Shown: positions 51,719 through 63,185 of the stretch, one piece after another
How positions within the stretch are numbered: the first letter of the stretch is position 1
Layout of the letters: every line of letters starts with the position of its first letter
NCBI GenBank assembly: GCA_001662655.1
Contig: KV460231.1
From: Pseudogymnoascus verrucosus
Taxonomy: Eukaryota
Direction: 5' to 3' (one strand)
DNA: 64,000 nt
Made by a program: the position numbers and the translations under genes
The notes under the pieces: generated by a model
Databases searched by the model: none
Told to the model about the DNA's origin: nothing
What the model saw: the letters and a program-made list of their open reading frames with translations, nothing else

Positions 51719-52709
51719 ATGGAGCCCAATATAAACCCATCACCGAAGCTCAAGCTCAAACCCCTCATCATAGCCACCCTTCTCCAAGCCCGCCGCCTCA
51801 CCCGCCCTCGCAAACCACCCATCACCACTCCCGCCCCCATTGATGAACCTCGACATAACCCCTCCCCATGTATCCTCACCACCTCTCTCTTCCTCACTCT
51901 CCTCCCTCTCGAGATACGCTCGCGCATCTACCACTTCGTCTTCGCGGGCCGGGAACTACATCTCGCTGTGCCGTGGTTCTCGAAGGATAAACCTTTGATG
52001 GCGAAATTAAGACACAATGAGTTGGATTCGGAGCCGGGTGGGGGGAAGTGGCAGGCGCGGTGGAGGGGGAGCGTGGCGAGGGGGTATCCTGAGTGTGATC
52101 AGTATTTGGAGTTTAAACAGGAGCCGGGGGTGACGGGGGAGTTGCTCGGGCTTCCGCTGTGTTGTCGGCAGGTGTATGTCCCACCCCCGACATCCCCCTA
52201 GGAGCTGTAATAAGTGCTCATAGCGAAAGGGAGAGCTAATTGCGAGAAGGTACTACGAGTCAATCAGATTCCTCTACGCCTCCACGGGCTTCACAATCCT
52301 ACACCCACCCGCTCTAACGATGTTCGTAGATGCCGACCGGAAAGGCGCAGATTTCATGCGCTGGGTGCGCGTGCTACGACTAGAATACGAGTTCTCCGTC
52401 CCAGTTCGGGCGGGGGATTTCGATGTCCCTGGTGAGATGGGCGGGCTAAGGCCGGGACTGGATTGGGATGAGGTGTGTCGGTGCTTGGTGCTGATGACGA
52501 GGTTGAAGGTGTTGCATGTTACGATATATCCGGTTGATGCGTTGGTGAAGCGGCATTGGGCGGGGGATATGGTCTGGGAGATGCTGGGGGGGTTGGGGAT
52601 GGCGAGGGCGGAGGAGTTTAGGGTGTCGGTGAGGAAGCCGTTTATGAAGTTTAGGGACGTGTTGGGGGAGGTGCCGTTTGAGTTGTGTGAGGTGTATGAG
52701 GATTATTGA
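51719..52709 (+). CDS. Hypothetical protein with an F-box-like N-terminal motif; 2 exons
   Basis: SLFLTLLPLEIRSRIYHFVF and LPLCCRQ|...YYESIRFLY, a pattern common in expanded ascomycete families. Intron at about 52175-52249. Confidence 0.7.
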
Positions 52710-53298
52710 GATGTGGGGGGAGGGGGGCTACTTGGGGGTGTTATTAGATGCAATGGATTTCTAGAATGTATCTAAGATGATTATAAGTGTGAAGTCGAGA
52801 TGCCAGGCGCTATCTTGTATTAGTAATTTCATATTTTACAATGCATCTTAATCATCTATATTGACACCTAAAATAACATTTAAAGTTTTATGATATACTC
52901 ATATACTCATCTACTCATATTCTCAGAGGAGCGTCGGGGGAATTTCGGGTTATTCTAGAAATAGCTACGGGATGCGCCTGGTAGGGTTCCTTCCCCCATT
53001 ACCCCGCATTCCCACTTGTGTCCGCCGCCTCTTCCGCACCAAGACATCACATCTCGAAGCTAAGAGTGATCGCTCTTCGGCGTAACTGCTGACGAGCAGC
53101 TCTCCATAAGCCTATGAGGTCTCGGTTAGTACTACGTTGGAGCCAGGCTCGGTGTAACTGCCTTCGAGGGCGTGTATCTCAGATACAGCCATCCCCTCAA
53201 CCTCTCTCCATATCTGAAATCCATAAATTATCATCCCAAACTTATAAATTACCCCGACAAGGGCTCGTACAGCAAACATATCACTTGCATCCCCCAAA

Positions 53299-56007
53299 AT
53301 GACGGCCCAGCCACAGATCACCTCCGTAACCTTCGAAAACACACACTCCCTCCTCGCCATCGGCCACGCCAAACCCCGCCTCTCGTGGCGCTTCACCCCG
53401 GGCTCCCCCGCTGTCCAAAACTGGAGGCAGCGCGCATACGAGCTTGAAATACGCCGAGGACAGGGCGAAGGAACTGTAGAGTCGTATTCCGTCGAAAGCG
53501 AGGATTCTGTCCTGGTTCCATGGCCGAGCGCGGCGCTGCAATCGCGCGATGTCGTACAAGTGAGGGTTAGGGCGTTTGGAGGTGAGAGCAAGGATGGGAC
53601 GGAGTGGTCGGCGTGGGTTACGGGTGAGGCGGGGCTGTTGAATCAGAGCGACTGGGTAGCGAAACTCATTACGAATCCTGATGTTGATGAGGGTCCATTG
53701 AGGCCTGTGTTGTTCAGGAAGGCATTTTCGCTGGGTAGTGAGAAGGGGAAGATTGTTAAAGCGCGGTTGTATACTACTGCGTGTGGTGTGTATGAGGCGT
53801 ATATCAATGGGAAGAGAATTGGGGATGAGGCGATGGCGCCAGGGTGGACGAGTTATAAGCATAGGCATCATTATCAGGTGTTTGATGTGTCTGAGAGTCT
53901 GAAAGCGGATGGAGATAATGTTATTGGTGTTGAAGTTGGTGAAGGGTGGTATGCTGGTCGCTTGGGCTTTCATGGGGGCCAGCGCTTCATTTATGGAAGA
54001 GAACTAGCATCACTCGTGCAGCTGGAGGTCGAGTTTGCCGATTCAAGTGAACGTTTTACGCTGATCTCGGACGAGTCATGGACGTGTGGGAAAAGCCCAA
54101 GGATTCGGAGTGAGATTTATGACGGCGAAGTTTATGATATGAGAGAGGAACAAGAGGAGTGGAATGAAAGCATTACTACCCCCAATGGCGCCACCTGGGA
54201 AGGAGTCAAAGTTCTCCCTCCTCTCACTGCAAAGCTCATCGCTCCAGATGCGCCGCCCGTTACCGTCACGGAAGAGGTCAACCCAGTCGAAATTATCAAG
54301 ACAAAGTCCGGGAAAACGGTCATTGATTTTGGGCAGAACCTGGTGGGAAACCTACGTGTCAACTCCGTCCGACTCTCTGCGGGTCAGAAGATCTCATTTA
54401 CGCATGTGGAGGTGCTTGAGAATGGCGAAATCAGTACCCGGCCACTTCGAGGAGCAGTATGCGTTGATACTGTGGTTTTTTCTGATAAAGTGCTCCGCGA
54501 CTGGTCTCCGAAATTCACGTTCCACGGGTTTCAGTACGTGCAGGTTGATGGGTGGCCAGCTACTATGGATGGTGAACTTCCTTCTAAGTCTGACTTTACT
54601 GCTCTGGTCATGCATACAAACATGGAGAGGACAGGCTGGTTCAATTGTTCTGACACCCTCGTTAATAAGCTCCATGAGAATGTTGTTTGGGGTATGCGTG
54701 GCAACTTTTTGTCGATCCCGACCGATTGCCCGCAGCGAGACGAGCGTTTGGGATGGACGGGCGATATACAGGTGTTTTGCCCTTCAGCAAATTTCCTCTA
54801 CAATACTGCTGGTATGTTGAGCAACTGGCTTGAAGATGTTTCAGAGGAGCAGTTTAAGGATGAGGAGAATATGATTCCCGGCATCGTTGTCCCGAATATT
54901 CTTCGCGAGATTTGGCCCACGGGTGGGCAGGCGGTCTGGCATGACGTGGTCGTGCTGACTCCTTGGGACTTATATAACTCCTATGGCGATGTAGAGATAC
55001 TACGCAGACAGTACGAGAGTATGAGAGGCTGGGTAGATAAAGGAGTTGCCCGTGGCCCAGATGGTCTCTGGGACCCATTGACCAGGCAGCTCGGCGACTG
55101 GCTGGACCCAGCAGCCCCTCCCGATGAGCCGTCTATGGGCCGCACCGACGGCGTGTTGGTGGCAGATGCCTATCTCGTCCGCGTCACATCGACACTTGCG
55201 CAGATCAGCGCCATCCTCGGATGCCCCGAAGAAGTAGAACGCTACTCTGCTGACGCAGTAAAACTCAAAGCCTTGTTTCAGAACAAATACATCACTCCTC
55301 TTGGTCTCCTCGTGAGCGACACCCAAACCGCCCTCTCCATTGCCCTTGCGTTCAATCTCCATGAGCAACCAGTACAGGCCGAAGCAGCCGCAGAGCGCCT
55401 CTCTCGTCTTGTCCGCACTTCCCGCTTCCGCATCTCCACCGGTTTCGCTGGCACTCCACTCGTTACGCATGCATTGACTCGTTCAGGACAGAGCCAGCTC
55501 GCCTACCGCATGCTGCTCGAGCAGAAGTGTCCCTCATGGTTGTACCCCGTCACCATGGGCGCGACAACTGCATGGGAGCGCTGGGACAGCATGCTCCCCG
55601 ACGGATCGATCAATCCAGGATCTATGACAAGCTTCAACCACTACGCCCTCGGGTCGGTGATTAACTGGCTGCACACTACTGTTGGAGGGATTAGCCCCTT
55701 AGCGCCGGGATGGAAAGAGATAATGGTCAGGCCTGTGCCCGGGGGGTCACTGACGTCGGCTGAGGTCAGGTATGAGAGTCCGTATGGACGGATTGAGTGT
55801 AGTTGGACGTTAGAGGGGACGAAGTTTGCGATGAAGCTTGAGGTCCCGCCGAATTCGACTGCGGTGGTTATCCTGCCTGATCAGGTGTATGGAGCGGTGG
55901 AGGGTGGTAAGGGGCAGGTTGTTGGTTCGGGGACACATGAGTTCTCTTGTGTGTTTGAGATGGGGCCTTGGCCGGAGGAGATTTTTGATCCGTTTAGGGC
56001 GGATTAG
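53299..56007 (+). CDS. Alpha-L-rhamnosidase, glycoside hydrolase family 78; intronless, no signal peptide
   Basis: ARLYTTACGVYE, APGWTSY, DFGQNLVG, FTFHGFQYV, IPTDCPQRDERLGWTGD, GATTAWERWD and SFNHYALG. Confidence 0.95.
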   Translation: MTAQPQITSVTFENTHSLLAIGHAKPRLSWRFTPGSPAVQNWRQRAYELEIRRGQGEGTVESYSVESEDSVLVPWPSAALQSRDVVQVRVRAFGGESKDGTEWSAWVTGEAGLLNQSDWVAKLITNPDVDEGPLRPVLFRKAFSLGSEKGKIVKARLYTTACGVYEAYINGKRIGDEAMAPGWTSYKHRHHYQVFDVSESLKADGDNVIGVEVGEGWYAGRLGFHGGQRFIYGRELASLVQLEVEFADSSERFTLISDESWTCGKSPRIRSEIYDGEVYDMREEQEEWNESITTPNGATWEGVKVLPPLTAKLIAPDAPPVTVTEEVNPVEIIKTKSGKTVIDFGQNLVGNLRVNSVRLSAGQKISFTHVEVLENGEISTRPLRGAVCVDTVVFSDKVLRDWSPKFTFHGFQYVQVDGWPATMDGELPSKSDFTALVMHTNMERTGWFNCSDTLVNKLHENVVWGMRGNFLSIPTDCPQRDERLGWTGDIQVFCPSANFLYNTAGMLSNWLEDVSEEQFKDEENMIPGIVVPNILREIWPTGGQAVWHDVVVLTPWDLYNSYGDVEILRRQYESMRGWVDKGVARGPDGLWDPLTRQLGDWLDPAAPPDEPSMGRTDGVLVADAYLVRVTSTLAQISAILGCPEEVERYSADAVKLKALFQNKYITPLGLLVSDTQTALSIALAFNLHEQPVQAEAAAERLSRLVRTSRFRISTGFAGTPLVTHALTRSGQSQLAYRMLLEQKCPSWLYPVTMGATTAWERWDSMLPDGSINPGSMTSFNHYALGSVINWLHTTVGGISPLAPGWKEIMVRPVPGGSLTSAEVRYESPYGRIECSWTLEGTKFAMKLEVPPNSTAVVILPDQVYGAVEGGKGQVVGSGTHEFSCVFEMGPWPEEIFDPFRAD

Positions 56008-56502
56008 AGAACTAGTGTCCTTATGGTAGCGAATTGTTATCTGACGCATTGTATTTATGCGGAGCTGCCATTGGGTAAGGAGTATTTACACTCTTTTGCT
56101 ATGCCTGGGTAGATCAGTGGATGCGTGATATGGTGAGTGGGGGCGCGAATCATGATCTGCACGGACAACAGCGTTATGCTGTGCTCGGGGTCGGGCCATC
56201 CCGCCTTATTAGTTTTATCAAAAGAGTATAAATACTCTTTAAGCCTCCGAAGGGTTATCCCGCCTTCCACTTCATGGCAGCCTTATTCACATCCTATTTC
56301 ACAGGCAGCTTCCCAAGGAATGCTGAATATAGCAACTTGAATACAGTACGTTCAATTCTGCTACGCTTAAGGAGCAAAGCCACGAATACTATGATATATC
56401 AAGCGTTCGCTATGAAGGCACGTCTCGAAAGGGGAAGCTCCTTGTGCAGAGAAAAGAAAAAGAAGACAATAACACAACCACATCTTCGATCTAGCAAATG
56501 AC

Positions 56503-58115
56503 TCATAGCTCTTTCAACGCGTGTGCGCCCCTCTCCTCACTCAAACTCCGCTTTTGATCTACTTCTTCAGAAAGGTGCAGTCTAGGCAGCCTGCGAGCCA
56601 CGCGTGGAGGGTCGAAAATATTGTTGGACTGCAAAAAGATCTCGTCTATTTCCTCGAGCGTGCGGCCCTTCGTCTCGGGGAAGCAGAAGTACACAAGCAA
56701 CGCGATGGCGGCGTTGAAAACGGCATAGATGATAAAATACTTGTGCTTGATGGTGTTTAGGCCAACTGGTGTCACCTCCGCCACCATGAAGCTAAATGCC
56801 CACACAGTCGCAGTGGAGATGGCATTGGTTGCCGCGCGATGTTGTAGGGGCGCGACCTCGGCGGCGTATAGGTATGGTAGACCCGAAAAGCCGATCGAGA
56901 ATATGCCCTCGAACATATAGACAAAGACAACAGCCACGATTAGCGCGCCGCTGTTGCCAGGGTTCGAAGTGGTGCCAGCAAGGATCGCCATGCAGATACA
57001 CAAGCCTATTGAGGTCCATATCATGAGGATTCGGCGTCCTAGGCGCTCAATAGTGAAATATGCAACAACTCCACCTGCTATGTCGGCAAAGCCAATGCAT
57101 GCAGACAAGATACGAGCATTTACTGGATCCATTCCCAGGAATCCTTCGAACAGAGTCGTCGTATAGAGAGTAATTGCGTTAATACCGCATAGCTGCTGGA
57201 AAAACTGGCCGGCAGACGCGAGGATGGTTCGATGCATGGTTCGTTGCCTGCCCATTTTGAACACGCCCCACCTGGATTCGGACGAAGAGACAGATAGCGA
57301 AGCCTCCATGTCACGAATGTCGAAATTAATCGCGTCCGAGTCGGGCTCAACGTCCAATAATAGGGCTAGAATCTCACGCGCTTCATCGCAACGACCCTGT
57401 TTGACTAGCCAACGTGGGGACTCAGGTAGGAATGCTACAAAGCCTGCTACCATGAGTAGTAGCACGATTTGAAAGGCAAACGGGAATCTCCACGATACGG
57501 AATTCGATCCGACGAAGTAAAATCCGAGATCGAGGAACAAGGCAAGACTGATACCAGATCCGATGAAGGCCGTGTTGGCGACTAGGCTGGCTCCACGATC
57601 ACTTGCGCGCGAGAGTTCTGATTGCCAGACAGGGACTGTTGCCAGGTACCCGCCGGTTCCCAGACCAAGTACTAGCCTGGCAACTATAAGTTGGGCAGTT
57701 CCGAATGCCGTTGCCATCAGAATTGCACCGATCATGGCTACCGAGGCAGCAATGGCGATGACACGCCTACGTCCCAAGCGATCGCCGAAATAGATGCATA
57801 ATAAAGAGCCGAAAATTCCCCCTATATTATACAGGCCCATGACGGTTCCTATTAGAGCACGTTAGAAAACTTGATCGGGGCGAGGCCAACGGTTCTCAAC
57901 GGCTACCAACCTAGGATTTGGGAGTTATAATGTTGTTCGGCGCCCGTAGTAGTGATTGTATTCAACAGGGGGAATGTCTCAATAAAGGAGTTGAGGGTCA
58001 ATAACCCCCCCATCACTGCCAGATTGTACGCATAACAACCAAACGCCGGCCACACAACCAGAAACACAATTGCTCTATTGAGCGACGAGCCCCGAAGGCC
58101 AAAATATTTCTTCAT
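56503..58115 (-). CDS. MFS sugar porter family transporter; 2 exons
   Basis: GDRLGRRR, VPVWQSE, WRFPFAFQ, PESPRWL, QQLCGIN, ERLGRR and PETKGRTLEEID. Intron at about 57849-57909. Confidence 0.93.
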
Positions 58116-58836
58116 TTTTGGGCATCAATGGAACGAACAGAGATGGGGAATGCCAAACTTACATCTCCACAGATCAGCATATTTCATATATCTTTTTTTT
58201 TCGCGTATTTTGTTCCCGAGGGTTTGAGCGGGGTATGCGCGGCGGCTGCCGCCGATAAGGACGCCAAGCTTCTGACTTGTGGGGTAGTGATCTGCCAAGT
58301 TTGTGGGGAAAGTGGCGGTCCCCGATAACTGGAAATTCAACCCCACACCTACAGGCGATGACATTGCATGTATGAGTGCTATATAGTAAAGCAACTGTTT
58401 GTCATAACTTCGGAAACGATCGAGCCTCGGTGTAGACGACCTTGAGCGGCAGCTTTCGGACTACAACATGATTGGATTTCTCTCATTGACCACCTCACTT
58501 ACTTCAATCCCCTGTTACGCCACCACCCCGCGTTACACTATTCCCCGCATTCCGCCATCTTATTTCTCCCGAGATTTGCGCCACATTCTTTCCTACATTA
58601 TCGTGCATCCGGGCTCCTATAATCACTCGAACCTCTTATCTCCGTTATTTCTCATGTCGATATATCGTATCTGCGTTATTTCTTATGTTGGCATCTCGTC
58701 AATACGTAAAGGTCGGAAGCGGCCGGACACCGAGCCAAGACACAGGCGACCATGTTTCCCTGTTGATCCTGCCATCTCCCATCCACCACATAGACTTTAG
58801 TTACTGTTACATGATACTGCGTCGGCGAAGATCGTC

Positions 58837-58870
58837 TTCCAATTCAGTAGGTGTTCCAATTCAGTAGGTG
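58837..58870. repeat. Perfect 17-bp tandem duplication in the guanine deaminase promoter
   Basis: ttccaattcagtaggtg twice, about 70 bp upstream of a TATATAAA box near 58939. Confidence 0.9.
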
Positions 58871-59013
58871 CAGCCTTCGATCTTCGTCGTGCTTGGTAGG
58901 TTTGTCTCTCTAGTACGATTGTCATCCAGCTCGAGGATATATAAATACGCTCTCCTCAGGATGGCAGAGCGATCCAAGAAGTGAGCATCGATTTGAATAG
59001 CTTTTCGTTCATT

Positions 59014-60726
59014 ATGTTTAAAACCTTTTTCGGACTTTCGAGGATACCCGCAGTGGCATGGCTATGTCTTGGGATGTTTTATGCCTCCAGCACGATGGCC
59101 ATGACATATCCATACACAGTCTATCGCGGTACATTCATTCATCATCCTCGGCTTAATTCGAGCTCTGCCAAGCCGGAGCTCGTTCGAAATCAAGGTGCCC
59201 TGTGGGTCTCGTCTGAAGATGGCCGCATCAAGGGATATGATTGGAACGTCCACGATGATGCCAGCTTCCAATCATTCTTGTCTAACCATGGCTGGATTGC
59301 TACCAAAGCTGGAACTAATAAAAATTACAAGTCACAGACTAGAGTTAAAGTTGTACAGTCCAATGACACACGGAACGAGTTTTTCTTTCCGGGATTCATT
59401 GGTATGACCGGTCTACCTTAATGACCATATATTAGAACTGACCATGTAGATACCCATATCCACGCTCCGCAGTTCCCCAATATCGGACTGTTTGGATCAT
59501 CAGGTCTTCTGGACTGGCTAGACGAATACACCTTCCCAGTAGAAGCTAGCTTCGGCTCAAAGTCAGACCCAAACAACGAGGACACAGATCCTAAAGACAC
59601 CCCCCTGGAGGGTCTGCGCGTCTATGATCACGTCGTTGCTCGTACTCTTGCCCACGGCACAACATGCGCATCATACTTTGCCACCATTCATGTCCCGGCT
59701 ACTAACGCCCTCGCAGCACTCTGCCACTCTCATGGCCAACGTGCATTCATCGGCCGCGTCTGCATGGACAACCATGATCAATGCCCATCTTACTACGTTG
59801 ATGAGTCCGCCGAGTCGGGTCTTAACGCAACTAAGTCGACAATAGATTATATCCACACCCTTGACCCGAACGGAACATTGATCAACCCAATCATCACACC
59901 TAGATTTGCCATAAGCTGCTCAAACAGCTCCCTTGATGGGCTTGGAAAACTAGCTGCATCCTACGATCCGCCCTTGCACATCCAAACGCATATCTCTGAG
60001 ACCACCAGCGAGGTCGACCTCGTCCACCAACTGTTCCCCGAGGCAGCCAGCTACGCCGATGTCTATGACAAGGCTAACCTGCTTACATCTCGCACCATCC
60101 TCGCCCACGCGGTACACCTCACCAAGGACGAACGCACCCTCGTCCGCGAACGCGGCTCTAAAATCGCACACTGCCCTGCCTCAAACTCTGCTCTGGGCTC
60201 TGGGCTTGCAGTTGTCCGCACTATGCTCAATGAAGGACTTACAGTTGGTCTAGGCACGGATGCGAGCGGTGGGTACAGCCCCAGTATCCTTGAAGCGGCC
60301 AGACAGGCCTGTCTTGTGTCTAGATTGGTTGGCTACAGCACCGAGTTCCCTGAAATATCGGGTAACGCAACAGCAGATGGATCTGAGAAACTTTCAGTTG
60401 TTGAAAGTCTTTACCTCGCTACACGTGGTGGCGCAGCAGTGGTTGACATGGCCGACGATATTGGAGGCTTCGATGAGGGGATGATATGGGATGCGCAACT
60501 GATTGAGTTGGGTGCTGTGAAGAATAGCACTACTAATCCGCTTGATGCAGCGCACGTCAGTTGTGTCACTACTGAGTCTCTTCTTGAGTCTGGACCTGTG
60601 GGCAATGTTGATTTGTATGGAAATGAGACTTGGGAGGAGCAGGTTGAGAAGTGGATGTGGAGTGGTGATGATCGGAATGTGAAGAATGTGTGGGTTCAGG
60701 GGAAGCTAGTGCATACTAGAGAGTAG
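59014..60726 (+). CDS. Guanine deaminase (amidohydrolase superfamily) with a signal-peptide-like N-terminus; 2 exons
   Basis: FFFPGFI|DTHIHAPQ, LDWLDEYTFP, PIITPRFA, HIQTHISE, LAHAVHL, HCPASN, GLGTDASGG and WSGDDRN. Intron at about 59402-59449. Confidence 0.88.
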
Positions 60727-61961
60727 ATGAGCGGGCTTTCTTCTTTCTAGTATATTTGTTGTGGTGTCTATTTTATTCTATTTCATATGTATATATGGTA
60801 ACGTGTTGTTATTACACGGGTTGAGAACAGGATTCCAACTAAATACACTACTTTACCACTGCCACATGCCCCTTTTGTGCGGGTACAGTGCAATCCAGCC
60901 TCATCATCCTCCCAAAAATTACAGATATGGCTGGTTTTAGTCACTGTTCCTTTTTATTCAAAACCTCGAGAGTCTCCGGATTATGGGCGACATCATGACC
61001 ATGCTGGTCTTTAAACAGAACCTACATATTTATTTAGCACCACCTTCCCCTCCTACCGAATTCTATCACAATACCTTTGGAGGGTATTTCACAAGCTTCC
61101 TCTCTGCGTCTTTCTCATCCAAGACTACTTTATCAGCCTATCTACATTTTAGTCTCCGTGTAATTAGCTACCCGCTTACCGCCCCGAAACTTAGTAAAGA
61201 CGGTGTCGCCCTCCTCAATTGGGGTCCCTGTCCTGTCTTGGATTTCGCTAAGGATGGATGAATGAAAAATTATACGGAGAAGGACAAGGTCTATTTAACT
61301 ATCGTTCTGTACCCCAGGACAAGCGTGGGGAAACTCGGGCAATTGCAATGTCGCATTACATCGTGAAAGAGAGTTTAAGGGTAGTTTTTTATATTTGGTG
61401 TTTTGTTAGAATACATGCGAATCAGGGGTTGTCATTTAAGGTTAGTTAAACGGCGGCAAGCTCCATTACGTCAACGATATATCATGACGCGCATTGCTTT
61501 GAGAACTAACCTCACTTCTCCCAAGAAAAATAGATGGGGGACTGTCAAAAGCATAATGGTTTTTGAAACATAAGCTGCCAATATATGAAAAGGATATAAG
61601 GAGACATGAACTTACAAATGCTCTGCTATAACTCTCAAATTCATGGCGTTTTCTAGCATCCTCTACATGCGGAATATATGATTTGATAAACAAATAATTC
61701 TTTTGCTGCGGCTTAAATTAATCTTTCTTGGTGCTTACCATTCACAATCCATCAAAGCTTAATTTTTGTTAATTTTCCGTACCAGTCATGTTCGAAGCAC
61801 TCGAGAGACAGATTCGTCGGTGTGATGGTGATCTATGGGGCAATTAGAGGCGGTACCAGCCTTTTCGACTACGGCTAGTGCAGAAACCAATCCCATTCAG
61901 CCCATTCAGTCGTTCAAATGACTACTATACAACAGATCCTCATTTTTTAAAAACATATATC

Positions 61962-62245
61962 GGAAGCTGCGACTGCGGCTTTGCTTAATAATCGTTCTTT
62001 CCATATCTATAACCTAAAAGTTTACCTGAAAGTCTACGGGGAAGCTGCGACTGCGGCTTGCTTGGTAATCGTTCTTTCCCTATATAGCGCCTGAAAATCC
62101 CAAGGAAGCTGCGATGGAGGGTTTGCTTGGTAATCGTTCTTTCCATATCTCGAACCTGAAACTTCCAAGGAAGTTGCGACTGTGGCTTGCTCGGTAATCG
62201 TTCCTTCCATATCTAGAACTATATCTTGAACCTGAAAATTCTGAG
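61962..62245. repeat. Tandem array B: 4 units of the same ~64-bp family as array A, same orientation
   Basis: Cores at about 61962, 62038, 62102 and 62167, e.g. GGAAGCTGCGACTGCGGCTTGCTTGGTAATCGTTCTTTCC. The first and last linkers carry internal partial duplications. Confidence 0.95.
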
Positions 62246-62254
62246 CAGATGCAG

Positions 62255-62700
62255 CAGAGAATCCACCTCATCAAACCAGGGAGATCGCAAGTTCTGGTCC
62301 TCTCGACTAATACCTTGTCTACAGGAGTCTCCTGTCTCCTTGTCTCTCTCTCACCAAATGAGTCGGACCCCTTTTTTCTCCGTCATATGGATTCCAGATA
62401 GATATGCGAATTTCTTAGTTTGATGATGATTATAACATCACTGGTATCATCGACTGGGAACTGGCCATTTTAATTCAAAAGGCTCGGCATTCCAATCGTC
62501 TCTCTTGCTGTACAATCTGGGTGAACTGTATCATAAATGTCTCTCAACGCCAAGCGAAGATGAAAAGCGTCTCTCTACGACAAGCAGGCACTTGACAAGT
62601 ATGGCGGAGGTGGCCTATGGGAATTATAACTGTCGAGAAAAAGATCTTCGGCCGCAACGACGCCATGTTACCCAGAACACGCGCGCATTGTATTAAAAGT
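62255..62700 (+). pseudogene. Frameshifted, 5'-truncated fragment of an APH/choline-kinase-like phosphotransferase
   Basis: Stitching across frames gives PFFLRHMDSR..ANFLV/DDDYNITGIIDWELA...SAFQS.LLLYNLGELY...SEDEKR (HxD...N and IDWE motifs), with several indels and a stop. Confidence 0.7.
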
Positions 62701-63185
62701 CATCAAGCACGAGCAACTTATATAACCAAATATCAAATTTCGGCGTTATCAGATAACTGTATCCCCTGCCAAGAACTATCAACAACGTGCTTGCTCCACG
62801 AAAGCTTGGTACCGCGCACGTGTCGCCCCGACGCCCCCAGATTGGCGCTGAGATGAAATTACAGAACAACAACAACCATGCAAACAGCAGCAATACGACA
62901 ACGCCATCACTGAAAGACTTACGACTACAGCGCTTTGGATCGTGTTGGACCCTATTTTATAACTTCCGGCGATGGATAATTAACGGACAAATACGAATGT
63001 CTCTATGCTCCTGTCTAATTGGTTATATGCCAAAATGCGCAGCAGAGTACCTGGAGCTTGTCTGACCCTGGGCGATATTGAATTGTTTTGATATAAGATC
63101 TACCATGAATCCATCTCTTTTTACGATGCTCACAGTGTTCAACTCCACTACTCACCTTTATACAGTCGTTATTTGCTGCTTCAAC

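Noticed and set aside
52893..52925. (atatactc)n short repeat, and (atcaat)n near 42710
   Set aside because: Ordinary microsatellite-type slippage.
61440..61800. Minus-strand segments with GTAAG donors that resemble small exons
   Set aside because: I could not assemble an open, recognisable reading frame. Possibly a gene remnant, but unsupported.
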